Source of the DNA: Candidatus Magasanikiibacteriota bacterium
GTDB lineage: Bacteria > Patescibacteriota > Patescibacteriia > Magasanikbacterales > UBA922
Length of the DNA: 64,000 bases
NCBI GenBank assembly: GCA_018651085.1
Contig: JABIEQ010000002.1
Coordinates: 12,777 to 76,776, forward strand
Direction of reading: 5' to 3'
The notes below the pieces were generated by a model that did not search any database, was not told the origin of the DNA, and was given only the letters and a program-made list of their open reading frames with translations. Position 1 is the first letter of the stretch; every line of letters begins with the position of its first letter. Shown in pieces: positions 29,274 through 38,596 of the stretch. Made by a program: the position numbers and the translations under genes.

Positions 29274-30260
29274 ATGGCGAAGCCTATTGTTTTTTCTGGC
29301 ATTCAACCGACAGGAAATCTTCATATTGGGAATTATCTTGGGGCAATTAAACCTCTTGTAGAGCTTCAAAATAGTGGAGAATACGATGTATATTACTTTA
29401 TTGCTGATTTGCATTCTCTTACTGGAAATATGGATGCAACAGAGCGTAAAGAAAAGATTTTACATATTGCAGCTGAACTTATTGCTTGTGGTATTGATCC
29501 GAAAAAGACGACTCTTTTTGTGCAATCTCATGTAGAAGGGCATGCTGAACTTGCGTGGATATTTAATACTGTTACACCTGTAGCAGAGCTTGAGCGAATG
29601 ACTCAGTTTAAAGATAAATCAAGTGATCAACAAAAGAAAAATGTGAATGTTGGTCTTTTTACGTATCCAGTACTTCAGGCTGCTGATATTCTTTTGTATC
29701 ATGGAACACGTATTCCTGTAGGGGAAGATCAAAAACAGCATGTTGAGTTAACAAGAAATATTGCACGTTGGTTTAATAATCGGTATGGAGAATATTTTTC
29801 TGAGCCAGAAGTATTGTTGACTGAAACCCCTCGTATTAAAAGTTTACTTGAACCTACAAAAAAGATGAGTAAAAGTAAAGGAGCGAATCATGTGATTGAA
29901 CTTGCTGATGCTCCAGCTGTTCTTGAAAAGAAAATAAAAAAGGCTGTTACAGCGAGTGAAGGTGGAGGTTCGTCTGTTGGTGTTGAAAACTTATTATTGT
30001 TACTTTCATATTTTGGTTCGGTTGATGATCACAAGAGATTCGTAGAGGAAGAGAAAAGTGGTTCTATTAAATATGGAGAGTTAAAAGAAACGTTAAGTGT
30101 GTCAATTGGATCCTATTTTGCTTCGTTTCGTGAAAAGCGTGATGAGTTGATGCAAGATCATAATGCCTTGGCAGCTATTCTCGTTGATGGGGCAAAAAAA
30201 GCACAAGCTGCTGCAAGTGACACTATTGAAGAAGTACGTCGTTTAGTTGGTATTCGTTAA
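29274..30260 (+). CDS. trpS: Tryptophan--tRNA ligase
   Basis: SGIQPTGNLHIGN, YPVLQAADIL, PVGEDQ, KMSKS. Confidence 0.97.
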   Translation: MAKPIVFSGIQPTGNLHIGNYLGAIKPLVELQNSGEYDVYYFIADLHSLTGNMDATERKEKILHIAAELIACGIDPKKTTLFVQSHVEGHAELAWIFNTVTPVAELERMTQFKDKSSDQQKKNVNVGLFTYPVLQAADILLYHGTRIPVGEDQKQHVELTRNIARWFNNRYGEYFSEPEVLLTETPRIKSLLEPTKKMSKSKGANHVIELADAPAVLEKKIKKAVTASEGGGSSVGVENLLLLLSYFGSVDDHKRFVEEEKSGSIKYGELKETLSVSIGSYFASFREKRDELMQDHNALAAILVDGAKKAQAAASDTIEEVRRLVGIR

Positions 30261-30292
30261 ATAATCTATTTATTTTTTAATATATTTTCTTT

Positions 30293-30805
30293 ATGGAAAG
30301 AAAGGAAAAAGGAAGTGGTAATGGATGGAGTTTTATCCTCTCTATGGTTTTTGGGCTTCTTGTTGCAATAGGCATTTATTATCTTCTTCCTGGAAGTATT
30401 CATGACCTTCGGGATATTCATGTATTTGAATTTATTATCTTAGCACTTGCGGTATTTCGACTTACTCGTTTACTTGTTTACGATAAGGTTGCTCAATATA
30501 TTAGAGATCTCTTTTTAAACACTGAAGAAGAGCATTTTAAAGGGTCTGGTATGATGTATGTCGTTCGGACAAAGCCTGCAACAGGATTTCGTCGTTTGAT
30601 GTCAGATTTATTTAGCTGTCCATGGTGTATTGGTGTTTGGTCATCATTATTTACCGTGTTTATTTATTTTAAATGGCCTGAGACATGGTTTATTTGGTTG
30701 CTTCTTGCTGTTGCTGGAGTATCTTCATTTGTACAACTTACCATCAACCTTATTGGTTGGCATGCAGAGCATAGAAAGCTCATGGTAAAGAATATGGATA
30801 AGTAA
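30293..30805 (+). CDS. DUF1360-like membrane protein
   Basis: LAVFRLTRLLVYDKV...LFSCPWCIGVW. Confidence 0.8.
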   Translation: MERKEKGSGNGWSFILSMVFGLLVAIGIYYLLPGSIHDLRDIHVFEFIILALAVFRLTRLLVYDKVAQYIRDLFLNTEEEHFKGSGMMYVVRTKPATGFRRLMSDLFSCPWCIGVWSSLFTVFIYFKWPETWFIWLLLAVAGVSSFVQLTINLIGWHAEHRKLMVKNMDK

Positions 30806-30817
30806 TTTATTGTATTA

Positions 30818-30847
30818 AAAAAGGCCTCCATTATGGAGGCCTTTTTT
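30818..30847. terminator. Bidirectional terminator
   Basis: AAAAAGGCCTCCA-TTA-TGGAGGCCTTTTT. Confidence 0.8.
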
Positions 30848-30853
30848 GTTGTG

Positions 30854-30927
30854 TGCACCCGGCAGGACTCGAACCTACAACCTTCTGGTCCGAAGCCAGA
30901 CGCTCTATCCAGTTGAACTACGGGTGC
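30854..30927 (-). tRNA. tRNA-Arg(TCG)
   Basis: Acceptor GCACCCG/CGGGTGC; anticodon arm TCTGG-CTTCGGA-CCAGA; GTTCGAGTC. Confidence 0.95.
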
Positions 30928-30931
30928 ATTG

Positions 30932-31004
30932 TGCGCCGTGGGGGATTCGAACCCTCGACCGTTTGGTTAAGAGCCAACTGCTCTACCAACTGAGCTAACG
31001 GCGC
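30932..31004 (-). tRNA. tRNA-Lys(CTT)
   Basis: Acceptor GCGCCGT/ACGGCGC; anticodon loop CTCTTAA; GTTCGAATC. Confidence 0.95.
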
Positions 31005-31014
31005 GTGTGTGGTG

Positions 31015-31776
31015 TTACCCAATTGGGTCACCAATTTTTCTTTCTACCATTTCTATTTTTGGTCCTTTCCACTTTTTAATATTGAGGGCAACTTCTGCGG
31101 CATCAATTTGTGCTTCTTGTTTACTTCCACCATTTCCTTCTGCAATTTTTTCTTTATCTAGGTAAACGCCTACAACAAATTGTTTTTCGTGATCTGGCCC
31201 TTCTTCTTTTAGCACTCTATATGTTGGAGTAACACCAACAATTTCTTGAGAGGCTTCTTGAAAACGAGATTTTGGATCCATCCATAATCCATGTTCTAGA
31301 ATATGTGGAAGTTTACTAATGACCCATCGATTGATAAATTGTTTTGAGATATCCCAACCTTGATCAAGGTAAATTGCCCCGATGACTGCTTCTACTGCAT
31401 TTGCAAGGATGTAGTCACGTGCTTTTTGGCTGGTATCTTTTGATTCACCACGAGAGAGGAATAGATATGGTTCAAGTCCCATTTCTTTTGCGACTTCAGC
31501 ACAGTTTTTTCCGTTTACCATGGCAGCTCGCCAGTTGGTAAGTTCTCCTTCGGGGTTAAGATATGTTTCAAAAAGAAATTCTGTGACAACGAGTTCGAGC
31601 ACAGCATCTCCTAAAAATTCAAGGCGTTCATTATGTCCAAGAGCAAAGTCTCTGTTTTCATTAAGAAATGATCGGTGTACTAATGCTTGGACAATATAAT
31701 TTTTATTGTCGAATGTGACGCCTATAGCGTCTTCAAGAGTTGAAAATTTTCTTTCTTCGTATGCGTCAATTTGCAT
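31015..31776 (-). CDS. rnc: Ribonuclease III
   Basis: NERLEFLGDAVL signature and dsRBD; start moved to MQIDAY. Confidence 0.97.
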   Translation of the reverse strand: MQIDAYEERKFSTLEDAIGVTFDNKNYIVQALVHRSFLNENRDFALGHNERLEFLGDAVLELVVTEFLFETYLNPEGELTNWRAAMVNGKNCAEVAKEMGLEPYLFLSRGESKDTSQKARDYILANAVEAVIGAIYLDQGWDISKQFINRWVISKLPHILEHGLWMDPKSRFQEASQEIVGVTPTYRVLKEEGPDHEKQFVVGVYLDKEKIAEGNGGSKQEAQIDAAEVALNIKKWKGPKIEMVERKIGDPIG

Positions 31777-31852
31777 AGGTTTACAATATTGTGTCACCTG
31801 CACAGGTGAGCGACCTGTCATATCCCTGTCGCTCACGTCGTAAGATGACGAA

Positions 31853-32299
31853 TTATTCCTTTGTTTGTTTGGTGTCTTTTTTATCTTTGATTTCTTTGTA
31901 AATTGCACCTAAGATACCATTTACAAATTTTCCTGATGATGGACCACCGAATGTTTTTGCTATTTCTATACTTTCATTAATGGCAACCTTTGCTGGGATG
32001 TCTGCATTAATAATAAGTTCGTAAATACCAATACGAAGGGTGTTTCTATCTATAACAGTGATTTGGTCAATTGGCCAATTCGTTGCGTACGCCGAAATTG
32101 TTTGATCAATTTTTTCAAGATGATCAATAATATTGTGTACGGTCTCTCGTACGTATGTTTTGTTGTCTTTCAAACCGACTCCAAATTCCTCGATCATTTG
32201 ATCGATAATTGCATCAATTGCACCAGTTGGTCTTTTTTTAAAATCCCACTGGTATAGTGTTTGCATGACAATGGTTCTGGCCAGGTGTCGGTTTGACAT
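31853..32299 (-). CDS. nusB: Transcription antitermination factor NusB
   Basis: [24 protein letters not shown]...[10 protein letters not shown]. Confidence 0.96.
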   Translation of the reverse strand: MSNRHLARTIVMQTLYQWDFKKRPTGAIDAIIDQMIEEFGVGLKDNKTYVRETVHNIIDHLEKIDQTISAYATNWPIDQITVIDRNTLRIGIYELIINADIPAKVAINESIEIAKTFGGPSSGKFVNGILGAIYKEIKDKKDTKQTKE

Positions 32300-32316
32300 A
32301 GACGAGAGTATATCTG

Positions 32317-32529
32317 TTATGAGATAGCTTTAAGTTTTTTCACACGTCGTACGGTTCTTTTCGCAACGTCTTTCGCTTGTTTCCCACGGTATTTTCCAGT
32401 TAGTGGAGTTGCGTGGTGGGGAAGATGTGCGTTTCCCTCTTCATCCTTGTGGATAGTAAGAGGTTTTAACCCGTGATGTGATCGTCTGGTTCCAGTTCTA
32501 CTTCTGCTGGTTCCTTTTGTAGGTTTCAT
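32317..32529 (-). CDS. rpmF: 50S ribosomal protein L32 (cysteine-less)
   Basis: [21 protein letters not shown]; rpmF-nusB-rnc context. Confidence 0.88.
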   Translation of the reverse strand: MKPTKGTSRSRTGTRRSHHGLKPLTIHKDEEGNAHLPHHATPLTGKYRGKQAKDVAKRTVRRVKKLKAIS

Positions 32530-32699
32530 ACAACGAGGGTTCTAATTAGCAATAAACTGGGCTTAGTATAGCCTATAAGGTTATAAAAATCAAGCCCTGT
32601 TGTGTGTGGTTGCGTATTTGGCCGATTTTGGGTATTATGAGAGCAGTATTTTCGACTATTTTTCATAAAAAGTCTTTTATTTAAGCTATTTCTTCACGC

Positions 32700-33275
32700 A
32701 TGAAACATTCATGGAGTCATCGATTGTTTTTGGCTATTAATGCCTATGTTGGCCGTTATCCTGCTTTTGACAAGGCTATGATTTTTGGTGCAAGATGGGG
32801 AATTGCTGTTCTTTTGCTATTTGTGATCATTTTTGGGTTTGTATTTGTCTCTATTGGTGAGGTATATCTAGGTGTAGCCTTCTTATTGCAACTGAGTTTC
32901 ATTTCGTTTTTTGGTCTTGTGATTAGCTGGGCAATAGGATCATTATCTCCACACAGGCGACCAATTATTGAAATGCCCTCTATTCGCCAACTTATTACCC
33001 CTTTTGGCACTTGGAAATCATTTCCGTCAGATCATACGATGCTTTCCTTTATTTTTGTCTTGGTATTTATTTTCACCTTTTCTGTTCAATGGTACATTGT
33101 ACTCGCTCTTTTTATGTGGGCTATATTTGTGTCTTTTTCTCGAGTATTTGTTGGTGTACACTATCCACGAGACCTTGTTGGTGGATTTATACTTGCATTA
33201 GTGTGTTCGTTATTTTTTCATTCATTATTTTTTGGAACACTCCATACGTTATTTATTTCGTTTTTGATTCGATAG
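32700..33275 (+). CDS. PAP2-family phosphatase (undecaprenyl-diphosphatase-like)
   Basis: RRP, SFPSDH, SRVFVGVHYPRD. Confidence 0.9.
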   Translation: MKHSWSHRLFLAINAYVGRYPAFDKAMIFGARWGIAVLLLFVIIFGFVFVSIGEVYLGVAFLLQLSFISFFGLVISWAIGSLSPHRRPIIEMPSIRQLITPFGTWKSFPSDHTMLSFIFVLVFIFTFSVQWYIVLALFMWAIFVSFSRVFVGVHYPRDLVGGFILALVCSLFFHSLFFGTLHTLFISFLIR

Positions 33276-33278
33276 TAT

Positions 33279-34331
33279 ATGCATGTTGTTATTTTTGCAG
33301 GAGGAGCTGGTACCCGCTTGTGGCCACTGTCACGAAGAAATTCTCCGAAACAATTTTCTATATTTAAAGATGGAAAATCAACACTTCAAATGGCGATTGA
33401 TCGTGTTCGTTCTTTTGGGTTTGATCACATGTATCTTTCAACAAATGAGGCGTATATTGATTTAGTACGTACACAAGTTCCCGAATTACCCGTTGATCAC
33501 ATTTTTTCTGAACCAGCGAAACGAGATTTAGGTGCTGCCGTTGGGCTTACGCTTTCTCGTATGCGTGCGCGTGGAGTAAAGGGACCAATTGCAATGCTTT
33601 GGGCAGATCATTTTATGGATTATCCTGATCGTTTTGTTGATGCACTTACTCGTGCAAAGAGTCTTATTGAAGAAAAATCTGATCGATTTATTTTTCTTGG
33701 TGAAACTCCTCGATTTGCTAACCATAACTTGGGTTGGATTCATGTAGGAGATGAGATTGATGCAGGTTTACACGCATTTTCTTCTTGGAAATATCGACCA
33801 GAGCTTGGTGAGTGTAAAGATATGTTTGCGTCAAAAGAATGGTTATGGAATCCTGGGTATTTTGTATTTGATATTGATTTTGTGCTTGGGCTATATGAAT
33901 TGCATATGCTTGAGATGTATACGGCGCTTCAAAATATGGTGGCGGACGACGCATTACTTCAAAAAGAATATGCACAATTGCCTGCCATGTCTTTTGATAA
34001 TGCTATAGTTGAAAAAATTCGTGAAGACCAAGCCGTTGTGTTAAAAGTTGATTTAGGGTGGAGTGATCCTGGAACATTGTATGCACTAAAGGAAGCATTA
34101 TCTTCAAGTGTTGAAAGTAATGTTACCCGTGGAGAGGTTATTACTCTTGATACTTCTGATTCACTTATTTATAACGAAGAAGAAGGTATTATTGTTACGA
34201 CTATTGGTGTTCAAGGACTTGTGGTGGTGAATACGAAGGATGCTGTTCTTGTGTGTCCAAAAGATCGTGTTCCTGAAATTAAAACATTACTTAAAGAGAT
34301 TGAGCGTGAAGGAAAAAAACAGTATTTATAA
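33279..34331 (+). CDS. Mannose-1-phosphate guanylyltransferase-like sugar-phosphate nucleotidyltransferase
   Basis: AGGAGTRLWPLSR..PKQF, ADH, GWSDPG. Confidence 0.88.
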   Translation: MHVVIFAGGAGTRLWPLSRRNSPKQFSIFKDGKSTLQMAIDRVRSFGFDHMYLSTNEAYIDLVRTQVPELPVDHIFSEPAKRDLGAAVGLTLSRMRARGVKGPIAMLWADHFMDYPDRFVDALTRAKSLIEEKSDRFIFLGETPRFANHNLGWIHVGDEIDAGLHAFSSWKYRPELGECKDMFASKEWLWNPGYFVFDIDFVLGLYELHMLEMYTALQNMVADDALLQKEYAQLPAMSFDNAIVEKIREDQAVVLKVDLGWSDPGTLYALKEALSSSVESNVTRGEVITLDTSDSLIYNEEEGIIVTTIGVQGLVVVNTKDAVLVCPKDRVPEIKTLLKEIEREGKKQYL

Positions 34332-34333
34332 AT

Positions 34334-35380
34334 ATGGCAGATCGCTTTCATAAATTTATCGGGCTTTGTGTTGTCGTGTTGTGTATTTTTGTATGCGTAT
34401 ACATGTTATTTGCGTTGTTTTTTCAATCATCAAAAAAGGATGGAATAAGTTTTGATGTGTTTGAAGGAGAAAGTGTCGCCGCACTTTCTACGCGGCTTTT
34501 TGAAGAAGGCGTTATCTTACATCCACAATTTTTTCGTCGGTATGTTGCGTTTAAAGATATAGATCGAAAAATCCATACTGGGACATTTTTTGTTGAAGGA
34601 AAAGTGACTATTCAAGGTGTTGCTAATGCACTTGCAACGGTTGCAACACGAGAAGAACGATCAATTACGATTATTCCAGGATGGAATGTACGAGATGTTG
34701 CAGCGTATATTGAAAAAGAAGATATCGGTACGAAAAAACAAGTGTATGCATTGTTGGGTGAACCTCTTTCTAGAAATGTCTTCGCCGCAGGGACTCCATC
34801 ATTAGGAAATACGTTAACACTTATTTCTCATAAACCAGGAGACCTTGGATTTGAAGGGTATCTTGCTCCAGATACGTATCGCGTTTTTTCTGATGCAACG
34901 CTTGAAGATATATTTGAAAAATTATTAATTCATCGTGATGCGCAGTTTACAGATACGATGTATGCAGACATTAAACAAAGTGGTCGTACCGTCCATGAAG
35001 TTATGGTCCTTGCAAGTATTTTAGAACGGGAAGTACGAACAGACGTGGATCGTGCGATTGTTGCTGATTTATTTTGGCGTCGGTATGATCTTGGGTGGGC
35101 GCTTCAAGCTGATTCAACAGTGCACTATGTTGTTGGAACGAATGGAAGTGTATTTACAACTCCAAAAGATCGTGATACTGACTCACTTTGGAATACGTAT
35201 GAATACCCAGGATTGCCTCCTGGTCCAATTTCTTTTCCAAGCCTTTCCTCTATTCAAGCTGCAATTTATCCTCAATCAAATGAGTATTGGTACTTTTTAA
35301 CAACGCTTGATACGGGGGATGTAAAGTATGCAAAGACCCTTGAAGGACATAATCGTAATGTTGCAACCTATTTGCGCTAA
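34334..35380 (+). CDS. mltG: Endolytic transglycosylase MltG
   Basis: EGYLAPDTY, ASILEREV, LQADSTV, NTY..PGLPPGPI. Confidence 0.93.
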   Translation: MADRFHKFIGLCVVVLCIFVCVYMLFALFFQSSKKDGISFDVFEGESVAALSTRLFEEGVILHPQFFRRYVAFKDIDRKIHTGTFFVEGKVTIQGVANALATVATREERSITIIPGWNVRDVAAYIEKEDIGTKKQVYALLGEPLSRNVFAAGTPSLGNTLTLISHKPGDLGFEGYLAPDTYRVFSDATLEDIFEKLLIHRDAQFTDTMYADIKQSGRTVHEVMVLASILEREVRTDVDRAIVADLFWRRYDLGWALQADSTVHYVVGTNGSVFTTPKDRDTDSLWNTYEYPGLPPGPISFPSLSSIQAAIYPQSNEYWYFLTTLDTGDVKYAKTLEGHNRNVATYLR

Positions 35381-35408
35381 TAGATAAGGAAAGATATAGT
35401 AGTATTGT

Positions 35409-35945
35409 ATGTTACCAATACAGCTTCCAGAACATGTACGGAGTCTTTTTGAAGGGCAGTTTCCTGTCCCTGTGGTTGATATTGCGACAGCACTTGATAT
35501 AAAGATGTATACGACTGATGATTTATCACCGAGTCAGTCGGGGGTTATTGTAAAAGAACAAGAAGATTATACTATTGTGGTAAATGAAACCCATTCTCCT
35601 GAGCGTATTCGTTTTACTGTGGCACATGAAATTGGCCATTTTTTAATGCATAAAGATATCCTTGATGAACAGCGTTCTTTTATTAGTGATATTAAGCAGC
35701 CAGCATTCTTACATGACGCAGAGGGGGCTATGCACAGAGCTCATGATCACCGGTTACCTTCGAAAGATCGCACGCTTGAGTTAGAAGCTAATAAATTTGC
35801 CGCTGACTTACTCATGCCGAAAGAACAGTTTACTAAAGTATGGGATGTATCGAATACTATTGATGAGGTTGCTGCTTTTTTTAATGTATCTATTAGTGCT
35901 GCAACGGTTCGTGGTGAGCAAGTGCTTAATTCATTTATGGTGTAA
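35409..35945 (+). CDS. ImmA/IrrE-family metallopeptidase
   Basis: RFTVAHEIGH, ELEANKFAADLLMP. Confidence 0.9.
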   Translation: MLPIQLPEHVRSLFEGQFPVPVVDIATALDIKMYTTDDLSPSQSGVIVKEQEDYTIVVNETHSPERIRFTVAHEIGHFLMHKDILDEQRSFISDIKQPAFLHDAEGAMHRAHDHRLPSKDRTLELEANKFAADLLMPKEQFTKVWDVSNTIDEVAAFFNVSISAATVRGEQVLNSFMV

Positions 35946-35952
35946 GGGGGAT

Positions 35953-36264
35953 ATGGTAGACAAACAGAACATTTCTCCTCGGTTAAAAAAAGGGTTTGAA
36001 ACTGAGGGAGAACTTGTTGAAAAACAACGTATTAATAATTTTCATCGTAACCAAAGTGTTCATAATGCTATGAATCGGGTGCTTATTTTAGGGGTGTATG
36101 TTATTCCTACTGTCGGTGTTTGTTTATTTTTGTATGTGCTTGTGCAGTGGGTTGCTGCAGGGGAGCTTGATAAGGTAGAAACCATGATGTGGGCAGTATT
36201 TGGCTTTTTAGGGGGAATGCTTGCTGATTATCTTGTTGTTCGTGGGCTACGAAAAGATCGATAG
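35953..36264 (+). CDS. Small two-TM hypothetical protein
   Basis: AAGGGGG then ATG at 35953; two hydrophobic segments. Confidence 0.7.
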   Translation: MVDKQNISPRLKKGFETEGELVEKQRINNFHRNQSVHNAMNRVLILGVYVIPTVGVCLFLYVLVQWVAAGELDKVETMMWAVFGFLGGMLADYLVVRGLRKDR

Positions 36265-36346
36265 AAGGAATATATTGAGCTATCTTTACACCTTTTACTT
36301 TTACTGGTATTCTGTAGAGAATACTTTTTATTTTTAGATACATTTT

Positions 36347-37483
36347 ATGGATCCGATTGCATATCATAAGAAATTAGGGGGAAAGATTGAGGTGATTTCT
36401 CGCGCAAAAGTAGAGCGTCCTGAAGATTTGAGTGTAGCGTATACCCCTGGTGTTGCTGAACCTTGCTTGGCAATTCAAAAAGATCCATCATTAGTGTACG
36501 AATATACGAGAAAACATAATATGGTTGCTGTTGTGACTGATGGAAGTGCGGTGTTAGGACTTGGAAATATTGGACCAGAAGCGAGTCTTCCTGTTATGGA
36601 AGGAAAGGCCTTACTTTTTAAAGAGTTTGCTGATGTTGATGCATTTCCTATTGCTCTTACGACGCAAGACACTGATGAAATCATTGAAACTATTGTACGT
36701 ATTTCTCCTATGTTTGGTGGAATAAATTTAGAAGACATTTCAGCTCCACGATGTTTCGAAATTGAAAGACGGTTACAAGAACGATTGAATATTCCAGTGT
36801 TTCATGATGATCAACATGGAACGGCAATTGTAGTGTTAGCTGGTCTTTATAATGCACTTAAAGTAGTATCAAAAAATATTGAAGACATTGTTGTTGTTAT
36901 GAGTGGTGTCGGTGCTGCGGGAGTTGCTACAGCAAAGCTGCTTTTGGCTGCTGGAGTTAGTGATATTCGTCTTATTGATTCAAAAGGGCTTGTCTGTGAT
37001 GCGCGTACTGATCTTAATCCAGTGAAACAAGAATTACTTTCTCAAACAAATAAATCAAATATTTGTGGGGTAGCAGCCGATGCATTTAAAGGGGCTGATG
37101 TATTTATTGGTGTGAGTCGACCGGGTGTTGTTTCTTCTGACATGGTTCGGTCTATGGCAAAGGATCCTATTATTTTTGCCATGGCTAATCCAACACCAGA
37201 AATTATGCCAGACGAGGCGAAAGCTGCTGGTGCTGCTGTTGTTGCCACTGGACGAAGTGATTTTCCAAATCAAGTAAATAATGTTCTTGCATTTCCTGGG
37301 ATATTTCGAGGATTGTTTGATGCTAGAATTCCTCAAGTTACAAATGAAATGAAACTTGCTGTATCACGTGCGTTAGCGGAGTATGTTACAGATGTGTCAG
37401 CTGATTGCATTATGCCAAATCCGCTTGATAAGAATGTGTCACGCGTTGTTGCTGATGCAGTAAAGGCAATGAAAAACGTATAA
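36347..37483 (+). CDS. NAD(P)-dependent malic enzyme
   Basis: AYTPGVA, VTDGSAVLGLG, NLEDI, FHDDQHGTA, GRSDFPNQVNN. Confidence 0.95.
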   Translation: MDPIAYHKKLGGKIEVISRAKVERPEDLSVAYTPGVAEPCLAIQKDPSLVYEYTRKHNMVAVVTDGSAVLGLGNIGPEASLPVMEGKALLFKEFADVDAFPIALTTQDTDEIIETIVRISPMFGGINLEDISAPRCFEIERRLQERLNIPVFHDDQHGTAIVVLAGLYNALKVVSKNIEDIVVVMSGVGAAGVATAKLLLAAGVSDIRLIDSKGLVCDARTDLNPVKQELLSQTNKSNICGVAADAFKGADVFIGVSRPGVVSSDMVRSMAKDPIIFAMANPTPEIMPDEAKAAGAAVVATGRSDFPNQVNNVLAFPGIFRGLFDARIPQVTNEMKLAVSRALAEYVTDVSADCIMPNPLDKNVSRVVADAVKAMKNV

Positions 37484-37487
37484 TGTT

Positions 37488-38549
37488 ATGAAAACTGTTG
37501 ATTTTAATTATCACCTTCCGCAAGAACTTATTGCGCAATGCCCTATGGAGCCGCGAGATCATTCTCGGCTTATGATTGTTGATAAAGAACAACAGTCTCT
37601 TACGCATCGTCACTTTTATGACGTTGTTTCATTATTTCAAAAAGGGGATGTGCTTGTTTGGAATAATTCAAAAGTATTTAAAGCTCGATTGTCTGGTCAA
37701 TTAGTATCAAAAGACAATGAGCCACTTCGTGATCACGATAAGCCAGTTGAAATTTTCTTGGTTCGGCCAATGGAGAACGAAGGTGTGTGGAAAGTGCTTG
37801 CAAAGCCTGGAAAACATGTGAGACATGGAACAAGAGTAATTTTTGCTGATGATTTTTCGTGTGATGTGTTAGTGAAGGAACCAAATGGTACGTTACTTGT
37901 ACAGTTTCCTTATGATGAAAAAGAAGTTCGTCTTAAAGCGAATACATATGGACAAGTACCACTCCCTCCGTACGTAAAGGATGAAAAACATGCGCTTGAG
38001 TCATATCAGACAATGTATGCAAGTGATGATCATGAAGGATCTGTTGCTGCTCCTACTGCAGGGTTTCATTTTACTGATGACATTATTGATGCATTACAAA
38101 AAAAAGGTGTTATTTTTACTGATGTAACGCTTCATGTAGGTCTTGGTACGTTTCTTCCTGTGAAGACTGAAAAGCTTGATGATCATGTGATGCATGAAGA
38201 GTGGGTAGAATTATCTCAAGATACTGTTGATATTATTACAACAGCGAAAAAAGAAGGACGACGTGTTGTTGCTGTTGGTACAACGAGTGTTCGCGTATTA
38301 GAAGGAGTGCATGCCCTTTTAGGAAACCTTGTTCCATACGAGGGAGATATTGATGTATTTATTCGTCCAGGTTTTTCGTTTGATGTTGTTGATGCCTTAA
38401 TTACCAATTTTCATCTTCCAAAATCCACCCTTTTAATGCTTGTATCTAGTTTTGTTGGTAATATTGATTTTACATTGTCTTTTTACGAAGAAGCTGTTCG
38501 TGAGAAGTATCGATTTTTTAGTTTTGGGGACGCGATGTTTATTTCGTAG
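37488..38549 (+). CDS. queA: SAM:tRNA ribosyltransferase-isomerase
   Basis: LPQELIAQ, PLPPY, AAPTAGFHF, LHVGLGTF, TNFHLP, YRFFSFGDAM. Confidence 0.96.
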   Translation: MKTVDFNYHLPQELIAQCPMEPRDHSRLMIVDKEQQSLTHRHFYDVVSLFQKGDVLVWNNSKVFKARLSGQLVSKDNEPLRDHDKPVEIFLVRPMENEGVWKVLAKPGKHVRHGTRVIFADDFSCDVLVKEPNGTLLVQFPYDEKEVRLKANTYGQVPLPPYVKDEKHALESYQTMYASDDHEGSVAAPTAGFHFTDDIIDALQKKGVIFTDVTLHVGLGTFLPVKTEKLDDHVMHEEWVELSQDTVDIITTAKKEGRRVVAVGTTSVRVLEGVHALLGNLVPYEGDIDVFIRPGFSFDVVDALITNFHLPKSTLLMLVSSFVGNIDFTLSFYEEAVREKYRFFSFGDAMFIS

Positions 38550-38569
38550 ATTGATATTTTTGACTATAT

Positions 38570-38596
38570 AAAAAACAGCCCAACTGGGCTGTTTTT
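38570..38596. terminator. Bidirectional terminator (queA / tgt)
   Basis: AAAAACAGCCCA-AC-TGGGCTGTTTTT. Confidence 0.75.
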
